Of a stretch of 64,000 nt of DNA, positions 26,135 through 39,379 are shown one piece after another (position 1 is the stretch's first letter; every line of letters starts with the position of its first letter). The notes under the pieces are model-generated. The model had not been told where the DNA came from. It made no database searches and worked only from the letters and a program-made list of their open reading frames with translations. The position numbers and the translations under genes were made by a program. Origin of the DNA: Camelus dromedarius (taxonomy: Eukaryota); NCBI RefSeq assembly GCF_036321535.1, contig NC_087438.1, forward strand, positions 8,868,001 to 8,932,000, in the 5' to 3' direction.

Positions 26135-27859
26135 ATGATAATGAAATATTGCTTCAACACCTGAAAATGTCCAGCATCTGATGAGGTTTTTAATGCACAA
26201 GTATTTAACGTAACATTTTTCACAAAAAAGTGGGCAAAACAAATGGATCCTTAGGAATGAAATATTCCCACTTTAATAATTATTTAGCAGGGTGCTTTTG
26301 AATCCCCCAAGGAATAGTTTATATTCAAACAAACCTAGGAATTTGTCCTCCCGATTTCTAGTATTCCCTGCCTCTTATTTGAGGCAAGATAATTCTTCTT
26401 GAGAAAAGTCAAATAATTTTAGTGTTAGAATTCTTACCTAAGCTCAATTATACAGAATATTATAAAGAAGGTTAGGAAGATGGAAACTATCAGAGTTTGC
26501 TTCATTTTCAATTGCTTTAATATCCCGAAGTGTCATATGTATAAAGTACGTGTTGAGTAGGATGATGGTATTTGTGATTTGATATAGTGAAAGATTTTTG
26601 AGCCATTTTACCTTTTGATAATCTAAATGATCTTGTCTGTTTTATAGATTAACTTGGTGATATAAGACAACTTACTTAATTACTGGTTAGGGCTTTCTTC
26701 TTATGCCTGTCAGCTGTGAATAGTATAATTATAAAATGTGTAGGTACAGTGAAAAGGAAAAACAGAAACTCATTGGTATAACTTGAGGAAAGTAAATTAT
26801 GCAGGGTTGCTTTAAGGTGGGGTGAAAAATGGAGAAATATACCAACACAAGATGCTTAATGTTCCATATATGTGAAATGCACAGCTAAAAAAAATATATT
26901 ATTTTGTTGTATCAAGTAAATGTATTTGAAACCTATATCTGTAAACAAGAACAAAAGGAGATTGAATTATATACCATATACGCTATGGTACACAATGGAT
27001 GCAAGCTATTTAAATGAAAAAATGTCACATCTGAAGCCAGTTATGTCTCCCTACTGTAGAATTAACTTCCCATATTTTCATATATTATTTTTGAAAATAA
27101 CATAAGACTTGATTGGAACTTGCGTCCTTTCTTGTATTGCCTAGTATACCCAAGCTAACTCTGATGGGGCCTTTGTTGATACAGTATTCTTCGTCATACT
27201 TCTTATTTTAAAGAGAAAAAAATTTTTATTTCTTTGGATTCTTTAAACTGACCTCATATTAATAATTATACTTTGCTGAAATTTTTCTGGCGCATCTGTG
27301 CCGAAAATTTATACTTGTTCTCTGATATCTGTCCTATCTCCATTTACATATGTTCCTTTACAAGTATTTTATTGACAGCAGCATTATTACATGGTTCAGA
27401 CGCACAGAAGAGCCAGAGCGAATAACTGTGACATGAACACAACCTTGTGACCACCCCCTCCACCACCACTCAGGCTGTGTAAAGCTGGGCTTCTGGCAAG
27501 CACAGAGGGGCGCAGGGATTTGAATGCACCTGGTTTAGGATGAAGTGCTCTTCAGGAAAATCTGGGAGGGTGGGACGGAGGCATAGGGGGACTGAATTAA
27601 GGACATGCTTAAGAAAAGTTTAGGCCTGGCTCTATCAATAGGAAAAGGGTTCTGGAGTATGGAGTCTGTACTGCCATGCTTTCCCCTTTGAAGCCAGGTG
27701 CCTCGCTGTGAATAAAGCGAAAAGCTTGCTTTTCTGGTGGGAGGGCTCCTTTCTGTTGAAGGCGGGTTTCCAGAGAAGAGGTGTAGCTGTGAGCAATAGG
27801 AAGCCAGTACTTCCAGCAACTGAGGGGTAAGTGAGCCAGGACCTGGGCGGGGCCCCAGA

Positions 27860-28140
27860 GGCTGTCCTCTCCAGAGGTTAACGAGTAGAATTATTCTCGG
27901 AAGTGATACTGGTCTTCTCCACAGCATGGTGATCTCTGGGGACCTACAGCTGGCCTCTCTTAGGGGAAGCAGAAGCCCCCGACCTCTTCAGTTTAGGTCC
28001 TGTATTGATAGTGTCACTTGCAATACATTCTATCAATCAAAGAAAGTCACAAGGCCAGCATTGATTTAAGGTAAGTGGTGTCTGTGTTAGAGACGGGAGG
28101 GAGAAATTACTGAACTATTTAGCGTACTATCTGAAAGATA
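27860..28140 (-). mobile_element. Old MLT1 LTR fragment
   Basis: 'cttctccacagcatggtgatctctggg' and 'tgtcacttgcaatacattctatcaatcaaagaaagtcacaaggccagc'. Confidence 0.55.
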
Positions 28141-29277
28141 GCATGATCTTTATTGAAAATGCTTGGTAGGTAACCTTTTCCTTTTTTTGCAGGTGGAAAA
28201 GCAACCGCACAATACATTGAATTTTCCCAGAGAGCTTTGCCTGCAAGATAACATCAGCTTCCCTTCTCGACTGTGAATCTGGGCTAAATCCCATCAGTTG
28301 AATCAAAGCCCTCCTTCCCTCCCTAGGGCCGAGTAGGACACGGCATCATGGGCATGCACGCAACACAGCCTGAACAGTTTGATCCTCATTCCTCCCCAAG
28401 ATTCCTCCGCATCTTATATCGATTCTCATAGCCTTTCGTTCCCTTTTGGGACCAAGAGACTTCACTCCTACCCCTAATCATCTTTCTCCTCAAGAAAGCT
28501 CCTGTCAGGGTAAAGGGGCGGAGGTATCAGGACGGCATCAGTAAGCAAACACTTTCAGGTTTGACCGGCCTGGGGATTGTATGCGGCTAGAACAAATGCA
28601 CATTCATTTAGCTCACCCAGAACTCCCAGTCAGGTGGGAAGATGGGAAGATCATCATTACTGTTTCTCTGGCAGCTTTAAGAATCCCTTTCTTCAACAGT
28701 CACATTCCTGTCTGGCTGGGCTTTGCCATATACTTTTTATTTTACTAACTCGGGCTCAATTTATATGGCAGGGACATTTTCTAAAAGAAGTACACCATAA
28801 CTGGGGTCTTTTTTATCCAATTTTCATAATAACAGCTTTTGTATTTCCCCCCTTTTAGTATGAGTGAGGGGAGTTTTCGGAAGCAGTGGAGCTGGCTGCA
28901 AGTCTTTATCTTGATACTTGGACTCAATTTCTCATTTTCCAGTAGGTAATCTTTGTTAGCTTGTAATCCTAATATGAGCCAGTAAGATCCAACTAGTAGT
29001 CAATGTCTCATTTGTTGTTTCCCACAAGAGTCTGTCTGTCTCAGGGAAATCTCCTCTGAGATAGTCAAAGCTCCTTCACAGGACAATCTGCAAAAAAAAA
29101 AAAAAAATGAGAACTTTTAATTTTGTCTATGAGTAGATCTAAGATTAGCATGTAGACTGCAGGAGGGATAGAGACGTATGTTGGTCTGTTTCCATCCTTT
29201 CTTAACAAATATTACACTCCCTAACCTCTGGTCTCTAGGCCAACTAACCAAAGTTCTCATGGATCACAAGGGGTGGA

Positions 29278-29690
29278 CTGTAGCTGCCCTGAAAGTGAGG
29301 TGCTCAGATTTCCCATTGTTAGAAGCGTGATAGGCTCGGAGTCCCAGCTGCTGCTTCTCTCAGTTAACCACTGCATGCAGGCTGGTGCCACACTTCCGGT
29401 GGACTGTGCCAGGTAATGCCTGATTGTTGTCATAGTACCAAAGCAGGCCCACTGGGGTGAGGTGCAGTCTCCTTCCTATGGGCTCAAGGTCTCCCAGCGG
29501 CCTGAACAATCCTTTATCAGCATTGTTAGGCAGCCGTACCCTCTTCTACACCTCCCTCTCCTTTCCTTCCCCACAGATGTTAACTTGCATTGCAGTCTGA
29601 AAGCTCTCCTTACCTGCTCATACTCTGTCCCCTAATAATTGCACATTTAATACTGTCTTAGAAAAAAAGTTCTCAGGCCCCAACTAATGC
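29278..29690 (+). mobile_element. LTR16-like ERVL LTR
   Basis: 'gtcccagctgctgc', 'ctcctttccttccccacagatgttaacttgcattgcagtctgaaagctctcc' and 'ccctaataattgcacatttaatactgtctt...ccaactaatgc'. Confidence 0.6.
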
Positions 29691-31279
29691 TATGAGGTAG
29701 AGCTCTAAAAAGCTGCTTTTTTTTTTTTTTTTAATATGACATAAAATGAAAGTAAAGAAATCAGATTCAGAATTTTTGGGAATCAAAGCCAATGAACCCT
29801 TGAATCTCAATGCCTTAACAAAATAAAAATGTTTTCTTGTTTTTAAAACTGTGCAGTATGGGACTTTTTGGTTGGTGGATGTGTTCCAAATGTTGATCCA
29901 GAAATCACGTCTCTTCCATCTGTGTACTTCTTCATTTATTTAATTGAACCATAAGACATCGCTATTTTGGTAAGTCTAACAATCGCCACTATCACTGTAT
30001 CTACCAAGGTAACCCTGGAAATCGTATCTATTCCTAAGGCTGATAACCATGGGAGATTACACATGGGAGATTTTCCCATGTGGTAAGCCTGTCAGTAGCT
30101 CACGTATTTTCTATCTCTGTTTATTGACCTGGAATCAATCATTTACCGAATTACAACTGCAAAGGAAGCTTGGAAACATAGTCTATCGATCTCTGTGCAC
30201 AGCAAAGATAAACAGTTTTGATTGATCAAGCATCAGTAATAGTCACAGTCTGATAGCAAATGCTGTTTCATCTTTCTCACTCCCAGTGGCTGTACCCAAT
30301 TCCTGGATCCAACCACAGATCAAAGATTTTGAAGGATGCAAGTCCTCTCCATCAGTCTCCGATATAAAACTTCCAAGTTTAGTGACTATAAACTAAAGAG
30401 TTAAGTTGTGTGTCCTCCCCTACTTCTATCCAAATTAACCCAACATGGAATATTGAACCAGAGACAGTATAATTGAACGAAAAACTTTTATTTTTCATAT
30501 TCCCCAGCCCAATAGTTTTCCCCTCAACTTAATGGCGGCTACCTTGAGGCTATTAGAAATAATGGCATTAGGTGAGAAGGGCATGCTCATATATATGTCA
30601 TAGGCTGACTATTAATAAGACTTTATCACTCAAAGCTGCTTGTGTCTTATTGCATACTTTTGAAATATAGAGGCAATCAGCTTTTCCAACACTTCAAAGC
30701 CCTGAATTACTATTTCTAGTCACTTTTATATCTTCATATAAATAGACTAATTCTTTTCTGAGTTTATCTTTTTTTTTGTAACTCCTTGCTAAAAGCAGAG
30801 AGTAAAAACCCAAACACAGCATAATGCTGAATCTTTGTAAGCCTTTTCATCTAGATTTAAGCTCAGTGGTTTGCCTTCCACGGGCAGTTAATTTACTGAG
30901 TATCCTCATGCTACTGAATAGCAGCCCACCCCCTATTTCTATCCATCAGTAGCTTTTAACTTATCCTCCCAGTGTAACTTGGTAAAGTCTTTAAGCAGGG
31001 AGCAGGAGAGCCATTAGAAATTTTGATATACCTTCAGTCTTAAAAATTTCCCTGTTAGAATAACGTTTACCATCACCTTTTCTGAATGCTTGATTTATTC
31101 CCATGTCAATGATTACTGGAAGCGTAAAGAGAAAACCATGACTTAATGAAAGGAGATTTGTCTTCCAGTCCTTAAAGTCTGAGAGTTGCTTAAAGGCATT
31201 GTCCCTCGCACAGCTGAGAGAGAAGCCAAAACATCTCTGCTTACAGTCCTGCATGACAAAGACAATGAGAAGATGAATG

Positions 31280-31283
<4 letters not shown>

Positions 31284-31320
<37 letters not shown>

Positions 31321-31334
31321 TGTGTGTGTGTGTG
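31284..31334. repeat. Compound (GA)n(TG)n microsatellite
   Basis: Seen directly. Confidence 0.95.
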
Positions 31335-34300
31335 AGAGTGAGGGCCTATGTGTGGGTGAACAAACTCTCAACTCCCATAGCAGAAAGTAAGGCCTCTGAA
31401 ATTCCAACCCTTTGGGTTATTATTGATATAAAACCTTAAATCCTGTAAGTAAACTGTGGAGTGATATCTTCAAAGGATATATAACCAAAAGCAAAATCAA
31501 TGAAATTTAAATAGCCAAAAAACAATGTTGACACTATGATTTATTAAATTTGATGCAAGATAGACGCTCTAATTGTCACTACAATTAAAAAAAATAAGCT
31601 AAAATAGGGATTTAACCTCAGAAATATAACTTTCTTGTCTACATATTATAATAATTTTGAATATTAGGTATCTTTCCTCCCCTTTCCGTGTAAAACTCTA
31701 GAGTCATTTTTTTTGTTGTTGTTGCTTGTGCACAATTAAGAGAGAAATAGGAATAGAAGACAGTGTTTAGCATCTTTACTCAGAAATAGCTGGTTCGTTT
31801 TTAAGGGAAAGCAAAAAAATTCATAAACTGTCTCTCGAATTTTTAATTTAGAATAATAATGAGGCTAAGGAAGGTGCACATAATTGGATTTCTTTTTGGC
31901 AAGTGGAAGGGTGAGAATCTGAGTAATCGCTGGAGGAAAAACACTCATGGAGAAAATAGCTATTTCCTTTACAAAGCACGAGTCTAAGAGACAGTGAAGT
32001 GAAATTATGCCATGTATTCTTATTTCCAGTTTTATCCTGGGCATTAAAGACATAAAGTAGAAAGCTATTCTAACATACTATTTGTTATTTCCTGTGGAGG
32101 GTCGGAATTTTGTTTATTATTTAATACCTCAAGTAGAACTAATTGGATTTCCAATCTGAATTCAAAAGTATGAAAAAAGAGGAGTATTTCTCTGTATTTG
32201 AAACACCTTTACTCTGTTTGTCTAGCAAGTGTTAGGGAAGGATAAAAAATAAATGAATTGTTCCTCTTATTAGATCCCTGAGGATGCTAGATTCAAAATA
32301 AATCATTTCTTATGTACCAGACCATCTTATTTCTGCCACTGAAGATGCTAGTTTAATGTGGTATGAAAGTGAACTGGATTGTTAAATTATTCCAGGTTTT
32401 TAGGACCTGTGCCATTGTATTGACTTCCCTATGCCTCCTTTTATCTCTATGTCCCATCTTCAACTAAATTCACATCCACACCCAAGCACTCATGCACCCA
32501 CACACACTGTTTGTTGAGTTGGGAAAAAGAATTAGATACTTTTGAGAATCACAATACACTATTCTTTGGTATTGTTTTAATTTCAGTCTATTGAGATTGA
32601 GATATTGTGTTCTGGGCCAGAATAATAATCAAGCAAAACATGGTAATGACATACAAAAATTTAAAGGGCTTAAAGTCAAATATATGACTTTTACAATTTT
32701 TAAATACACTACTCTTATTTTAAGATCTGCATAAGATGAGCTAATTAGGAAAATATATGAAAATAGAGGATTAATTTTTTGTGGTTGACGACCATCTGGA
32801 CACAGGCAGTTTGCACTGAGAGAGACCAGATTAGCATCCCTGACATTGTGTCTGTTACATGGTCAGTATCTTCAGTAAAATTATTCAATTTAAAAATATT
32901 TTGAAAGAGCTTTAGATGTAAGTGTTGACGCTGAGGGTCAGCAGAAGTATAATTCTCATGAAGGCAAAGTGCTGCAGAGTTCCAACATGACAGCTGCCAG
33001 CACTATGAAAGGCCACGGATCTCTTTATCTGCATAATAGCCCCTCTTGTCTGACTTTAGCTCTAAATTGGGCACAGACAATAGAAACTTACATTCCTCTT
33101 AATCAGTGCAGTGAGCTTTCTCCAGAAATGACATTTGGAAAAGGACAAAAAAGAGACACTTGTTCTTTAAAATTGAACGACATAAAGGATGGTATCATAT
33201 GTTTAGAATTTCTTACATTTAATATTGACCAGAATAGTATCCGATGTGCCAGTGGTGACCAGGACACGTGGCAAGTGGAGATCTTGTTGTCCTTCTCTTA
33301 CACATTTAGTAGGTTTCGAAAATCTCCAATACGTTAATGAATGTTGCAAGCATTGGTTACGACAAATCTTTTTACTGTTTAGATTCCTAGGTGAAGATAA
33401 TCTTTAGCTTGTAGTTTTAATTCTTAATACCCAGATCACTGAGGTGTAATTGATGAAACTATTTATGTTTTCCTTGGTTTTAGATATTTTACTTTTAACA
33501 TGACTGAGTACAAAGAGTAGATTGACCTGTAAATTATTGCCTTGTTGTAGGTCTAAACACTCGATTATCAGAAATTCTCTTCTGCTGAAACTAATACAGC
33601 TTAAAAGTCACAGTAAATGATGACATTCACATACTTCAATATTGGTGCTCTACAGGCTTAAAACAAGATGTTTGGTCTCTTATGGAATACCCACATTCTA
33701 TTAAAATCTATGGGCCATCTATCCACAGTGGCCAAAAAGTTCATAGTGTTTGACAGGTAATATCAAATATATAGAAAAATATAATTTTTTCAAAATATTC
33801 TCTAGAGACATTTTAATATTAATGTTTGATCAGTCTATTTTAAAAGGCTTCTTCCAGACCCACGAGAATCCAAGCATCAATTCTGGAATGACTTCCGTGT
33901 ACAAGTCATTATTCTCAATCTTATATTCCTTGTGTCATTTTTATAGTAATCTAATAACTATGTGCAGTAATAACAATTTTTTGGGTGGAACTGCAATTGG
34001 TTCTCTCTGTATGTACATATGTATGACTTTATTTGGTATTTTTAATAATCAGTGAGATGCTACTGAAATTCTGCAAAGAAATGTAATTTAAAAGACTTTG
34101 AAGAATAGTCCACTGACACAAAATGAGTATGCTAACAATGCTGCCTATTAGATTTATGCTGCTAATAAGGTTTTTTAAAATTTAGAATATTTCCATCAAT
34201 ATTTTTCTTTTCTAAATCTATATCTTTCTTTTCTATATTTATATGTATATCAATATGTATATTTGTGTCTGTCTACACGCCTGTGTATTTAGTCCTTCCA

Positions 34301-35899
34301 CGTGAAAGACTCAGGTGTCGTTAGCAATGATAACAGCTCATACTGATAAATCAACGCACTCAGTTTAGGGATTATCATGTTATTCACTCATCTGCCCTAT
34401 CTCCTTATCTTTTTATTTCTGATATTTTGTTACATTTCCTTACAGTGTTTTAACTGTTTACCTGTTTGTTGTAAACAAAATGGAAAGGGAAAGAATATTT
34501 AAGTTGTCAGCAACAGTATACCTGTTTCACACCAAAGCCATGATTTGAAGGCTAGAGGACAGGATTTTATCATTCTATTTTAAATTGTATTTAATTAGCT
34601 TGATATTCCATACCCTCTTGCTAAGTGCCATGTAACAGAGTATCGAGTACAGATTGTAAGGATTTTTCTCCCCCAAGGGCTGTAACATGATTTCTCACTT
34701 TCTGAACTGAGGAGATCATAGGGACATCTGTGTTGCTTGGTATTTTTACCCCTGAGATTTGTATTTTCTAATGGCAGTGGGTTAATAAGAGAAAACTATT
34801 GAGATCACAAAATTTACCATTGAAATATACCTGAATTTTTACTGACAACTGAATATTGAGGTGCATGTCCTCCACCTTCTGGTGATGGAGATTGCTCTTA
34901 ATTAATAGTTTTCCATTTTTCTTCTTTGTCTTAACTTTCTCCTTGCTGCCTAAGTCAAATTTTAGGTGCTAAATTCATTATCTACACTTCACTCAAAGAC
35001 AGTCATCTCCCCTTTGTAAGAGAATTTTACCTCTTACTTTTACAAAGCTCAATGAATGAGTCCGTTCTTTCACACAGTTGTGGATTATCTAGCACACGGA
35101 GAACTACGCCTTGTCTGTGACTCCTTTCCTCAGGCTTGCTACCCAATCTTGGTCCCATCCTAGCCGTCTAAAGGGAGAAGAGGACACAAATTTACAGTGT
35201 AAATTCTGAAAAAATATGACAGGGAGGTTGATGTAGTGTAGGTTTAAAACATCAGAGCTATCTTTTCCTTAATGTGACCCGATTATCTTCGTGATCTTAG
35301 AAATGACTGCTCTCACCTTCACGTTTGGAGAATAGGACAGGATTGTGATAAGAGAGCTTTTAGGTTCTTCTAGAAGTTGATGTGCCACCAAGAACAGTGT
35401 CATACTAGAAACCAGCTCTGGTGGGCACGGTAACCTATATTTAGTAATGAAGGAAGATGAGAGAGAAGACATATAATTATGTGTCCTACTTTGATTATAT
35501 GATTAAATGTTTGAAAGTGTCTTCTTTTCTTCTAATCACTTATCTGAGCAAGAGCTAGCTTTGTCTCTGGGTTTATTCATTGAGAACTGAGACAGATTTC
35601 AATTCTATCAAAATGATGATTTTTATGTATATGGCAATTAAAGTTATCTATTCAAAGGATGATAGCAATTTTCCTTCAATGTGCTAACATAGGGAGATAC
35701 TGACTTTGAATAGACTCTTCAGGATAATAAAGTAAAATGACATTCCAAAGACTAAATTCATATTTTAAAATATAATTTTTATTGTTCTAGCATGAGAACA
35801 AGGGTGAGAAATCTATAAGACATTAAGATGTATGAACATATTGGAGATGAAACTTTGCTTTGATTTACAGTGAACAAGCAGCTCCATGTGTGTCTTAGA

Positions 35900-36420
35900 C
35901 TCTTTGTGTGTCTTCCTTTTTGCTCAATGAGCTATTGCCTAAAGTTTTCTTCTGACTTGCTTTCTAGCTTACTTATTCTGTTTAGTTTTTCTACTCTACT
36001 GTTAAACCTATGTATTTCATGAGTTTCTAATTTTAGTCTTTGCATTAATCGCTTCTAGAGATCCCATTTTATTCTGGATAACGTCAAATTTTCCATTGAA
36101 ATTCTTCTTATCAGTTAATTTCTTGAAGGTATTAAGCCCTGTTATTTTAAAGTTCTTTCCTAATAATTCCAGTGTCTGGACTTCCTTTTAGCTTGTTACA
36201 TCATCTCTTTTTCCTTTCTCATTTCTCAGCCCATCTATTCTTTCGCTTGTCTATTATTTCTCCCCATGTGTTGAGCATTGTGATGAAAAATTTTAGACAT
36301 GATATAATGCTTTGTATGATATTTCCATTTTGAAGAAAGAGTTGCATTTGCTTTGGGTTGACAGTTCTGAACAGGCAGATCCCCTAATCTAATCAAAGAT
36401 TAGGCAGGCCCAGGAGGGCT
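35900..36420 (-). mobile_element. Ancient L1M fragment (ORF1-side)
   Basis: T-rich: 'gttaaacctatgtatttcatgagtttctaatttt' and 'gttattttaaagttctttcctaataattccagtgtctgg'. Confidence 0.5.
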
Positions 36421-38399
36421 AATTCATCTTTGCTTCTTCTTTTCTTTTAGTATATAGCCCTTTGCTATTTCCAAAATAACACCATGGAATGTGGACTAGC
36501 TCACCATTCCAAATGTGTCCTCTTATTCTTGTGAGACAGCCAAGAACTTGAGATGAAAATGCGATATCCAATACTGGACTCACCTTGCTGGACACCTCTT
36601 CTCTCTGAGATCTTCTTGTCCTTTCAAATCCTTTGTGACTTGCAAGCTTACCTATGCCTTCAAACAGGTGTGTGTGTGTGTTGTGTGTTGTTGTGTGCAC
36701 GTGTGTGTATGTTTTGTATTTGTCCACCTTTTCTACTTTTTCTCTTTATGAAGTTGAGTTTGAAATAAACTCGTCTGCATATCTAGGAAGAAGACACTCC
36801 TTATGAATAATTAGATTGTATTAAAGCCAAAATGCCTGGAATTGTGCATAATCTTACCAGAATTAATATGTAGATATATGGAATTTTCTCTATAATGTCC
36901 TCTACATTGTTCGTCTTACCAAAGTCAGGCTATTTGTCGTCACATTAAGGATATGAATAGAGGCTGTTTTCTCCTTGAGTCAGATAATGGAACATAGTTC
37001 CCAAAATGATGCAACAAATTTTGTATATAATGTGTATGACAGGAAAAAATACAATATTCTCACCTATCTTGTGATTTCACAAATATTATTACTTAAGATT
37101 ATATTAAACTTGGGAATAACCCTATTTGGTGTGAGATAAAAAAAAATAGTTCTATATATACAGTCTACAGCTAGGTAGATATTTGTAAAGGTGTTAGGCT
37201 GAAGACTAAACTTTGTGATAAGAACTCTGTTTTTCTATTGCTAAAGACTGGGACTCTGGATAATTGGTCATCAGTGTACATTGATTTGCCCAAGAGCTTT
37301 GGCTGGGAGGGATAAAGTACAGGGCTGACTCTTGGAGCCGCTTTGAGAGTGAGGGAAAAGTGAAGATTATTGGGTGATGCCCAGAGACACGTGGCCCAAA
37401 TTTCTAAGACAGTGGTTCCCATTAAAGATGAGCTTTGTCTTTGAAAGTGCCTGGAAATGACTTGAAGGCGGGAGCAGAAAGAAGGACGCTGTCTAAGCAT
37501 GCAGTAGTGATGTTAGGTTAGAATCCTGCCAGCTTGAATTGCAATCTTCTAGAAAATGAGAATCTCACGTGCCCTGCAGGTGTGGGCATGCCAGGAGCCC
37601 CTGAGTGTTAGGAGCAATACCTATTCCTTCTGATCTAGGGTCTTAGCAATCAACCGTCCTGGCAGAGAAGTGGCTAACTGCTCTAAGAGATGTGGCTGAC
37701 TCTGTTCTACAGGCTTTTGTGGAACTGTTTTCTCAATGCACGGAGATCCTAATATCCCAAAAGATCAAATATCCCGAAGGATCCCAAAGGATCACCTGGA
37801 ATTTATACTTGTGAGGTGTCTTGAGCTGAGCAAGCCGAGGAGCTCTGAGAACTGACATGCAGTTACACCTGGATGAACGTAGAAGGAAAATGCTCACATA
37901 GGGAGAAACGTACGTGGGTAGGACTTAGATACCCAGAATGCATATCAGTACGATCTGTAAATATTTCTGCATATGATACAATACTTATTAATATTAGACT
38001 AAAAAGAGACAAAATGGACACATTGATGCCTGTATTAATGCTAAAACAGACACATTTCTATTTTGTTATTTAAACAATAAAACAATTTATTTAGATTATT
38101 TATCTATAAGTACCTGTGTAGCTAATTGATTATCTCTAGTAGAAAGGGGCTCCAGAATAAAATAAGGCTGATTCCTAAAGCTCCAATTCACTATGCAGTA
38201 GAGAATGATTTAGGTTTAATAAAAATCAAATTTAATTGTTGTGTCAGCATTGATAATAAAAAGAAACAAATGCACTCCAGCGTGTGTGTAGAGCAACTTT
38301 AAAAGGTACTCGATTTACATAAAACCAGGGCTTCTGTTTGTATTTTTTAAATCCCTAAAAGTATCATGAGAGACTTTATGCTTAGAACAATAGTATTTG

Positions 38400-38535
38400 A
38401 TGACTTCATTTAATAAATATTTATTTAGCGAACACCTATTACGTATTCTAGGCACAGAGTACATACGAGTGAATAAAACATAAAAATCCTTGCTGAAAGG
38501 AAGCTTATGAAGCTGATATTCTGGTGTGGGGAGAC
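38400..38535 (-). mobile_element. L2 3' terminus
   Basis: 'ttcatttaataaatatttatttagcgaacacctattacg...aaaacataaaaatccttgc...gatattctggtgtggggagac'. Confidence 0.7.
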
Positions 38536-38537
38536 TG

Positions 38538-38554
38538 TACACTCACACACACAG

Positions 38555-38585
<31 letters not shown>

Positions 38586-38602
38586 CACAGACACACACAC
38601 AC
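38538..38602. repeat. Imperfect (CA)n microsatellite
   Basis: Seen directly. Confidence 0.95.
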
Positions 38603-38760
38603 TTTATAGAATCAACAGTCTTACTTTTCCAAGACGCTTAGTAGGTAACAGGAAGTTGTATACTCATTCAAACAAAACAAGGGTAGGCAAGGAAAGTACA
38701 CAGCTGGAAGAGGTGTTCTAGAGTTTACAAGGGAATGAACTTAGCTGTGCCGCCTGGAAT

Positions 38761-39367
38761 TGCTGGAGCAGGCAGATAGCTAGATATGAGCAGAGAGAGG
38801 AGGACGCATGCCAAATGGCAGGAAACCCTACATCATGTAAACATGCTGGTCCCTGGGCAGACAGAGAAAAGTAGGAACCTCTGGACTGATAAGAGATCAC
38901 ACATTTTTGGGGTGACAAGTGCCCTGGAGGCTAACAAAGAAAGGTGGAAACAGGAAGGAATCTCCAGTGTCCTAATGTAACCTATATGCTCATTATGCCC
39001 TCATTACAATAAAATTAGCCTTGCAGATCAGAAGCACCCATCATGCACTGACACCATGACGCTTCCAGTCCAGACTAAATAAGGACAAAACTCCCTCCTT
39101 CCCTTGGGAAGGTGGAGCTGGGATGGAAATCAGGCACTATGACCCCAAGCTCTTCCCTCCCCAGTGAATAGCCCATCCATTCATTCTTACACTCTATGTA
39201 ACCAGCTTGCCAAAGAAACTCAGGGCAGCTGCTCACCTGAGCCTGCCCGCTCTCTCCTTGAAAGTGACTATCCATCCCTTAATAAATCCTCACTTTACTT
39301 TCTTGACATCCTTGTCTTGCCTCTGGATTCTTTCTGCAATGAGACAAGAACCTAATTACCGGCAACA
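38761..39367 (+). mobile_element. ERV1-class solo LTR (607 bp)
   Basis: TG...CA termini, perfect 4-bp TSD GAAT (38757-38760 and 39368-39371), AATAAA at 39281 and a U5-like 'ctctggattctttctgcaatgagacaagaacc'. Confidence 0.85.
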
Positions 39368-39379
39368 GAATCTTTAAAT

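Noticed and set aside
28193..28280. Strong plus-strand acceptor 'ttttcctttttttgcag|'
   Set aside because: The frames examined close within about 30 codons, no convincing donor follows, and the peptides are unrecognised.
35301..35429. 129-nt plus-strand exon candidate (tcttag| ... ACG|gtaacc)
   Set aside because: Stops in all three frames and mediocre splice sites.
37712..37810. Plus-strand exon candidate with GATCC/ATCCC micro-repeats
   Set aside because: Weak donor and unrecognisable peptides. It looks like local slippage.
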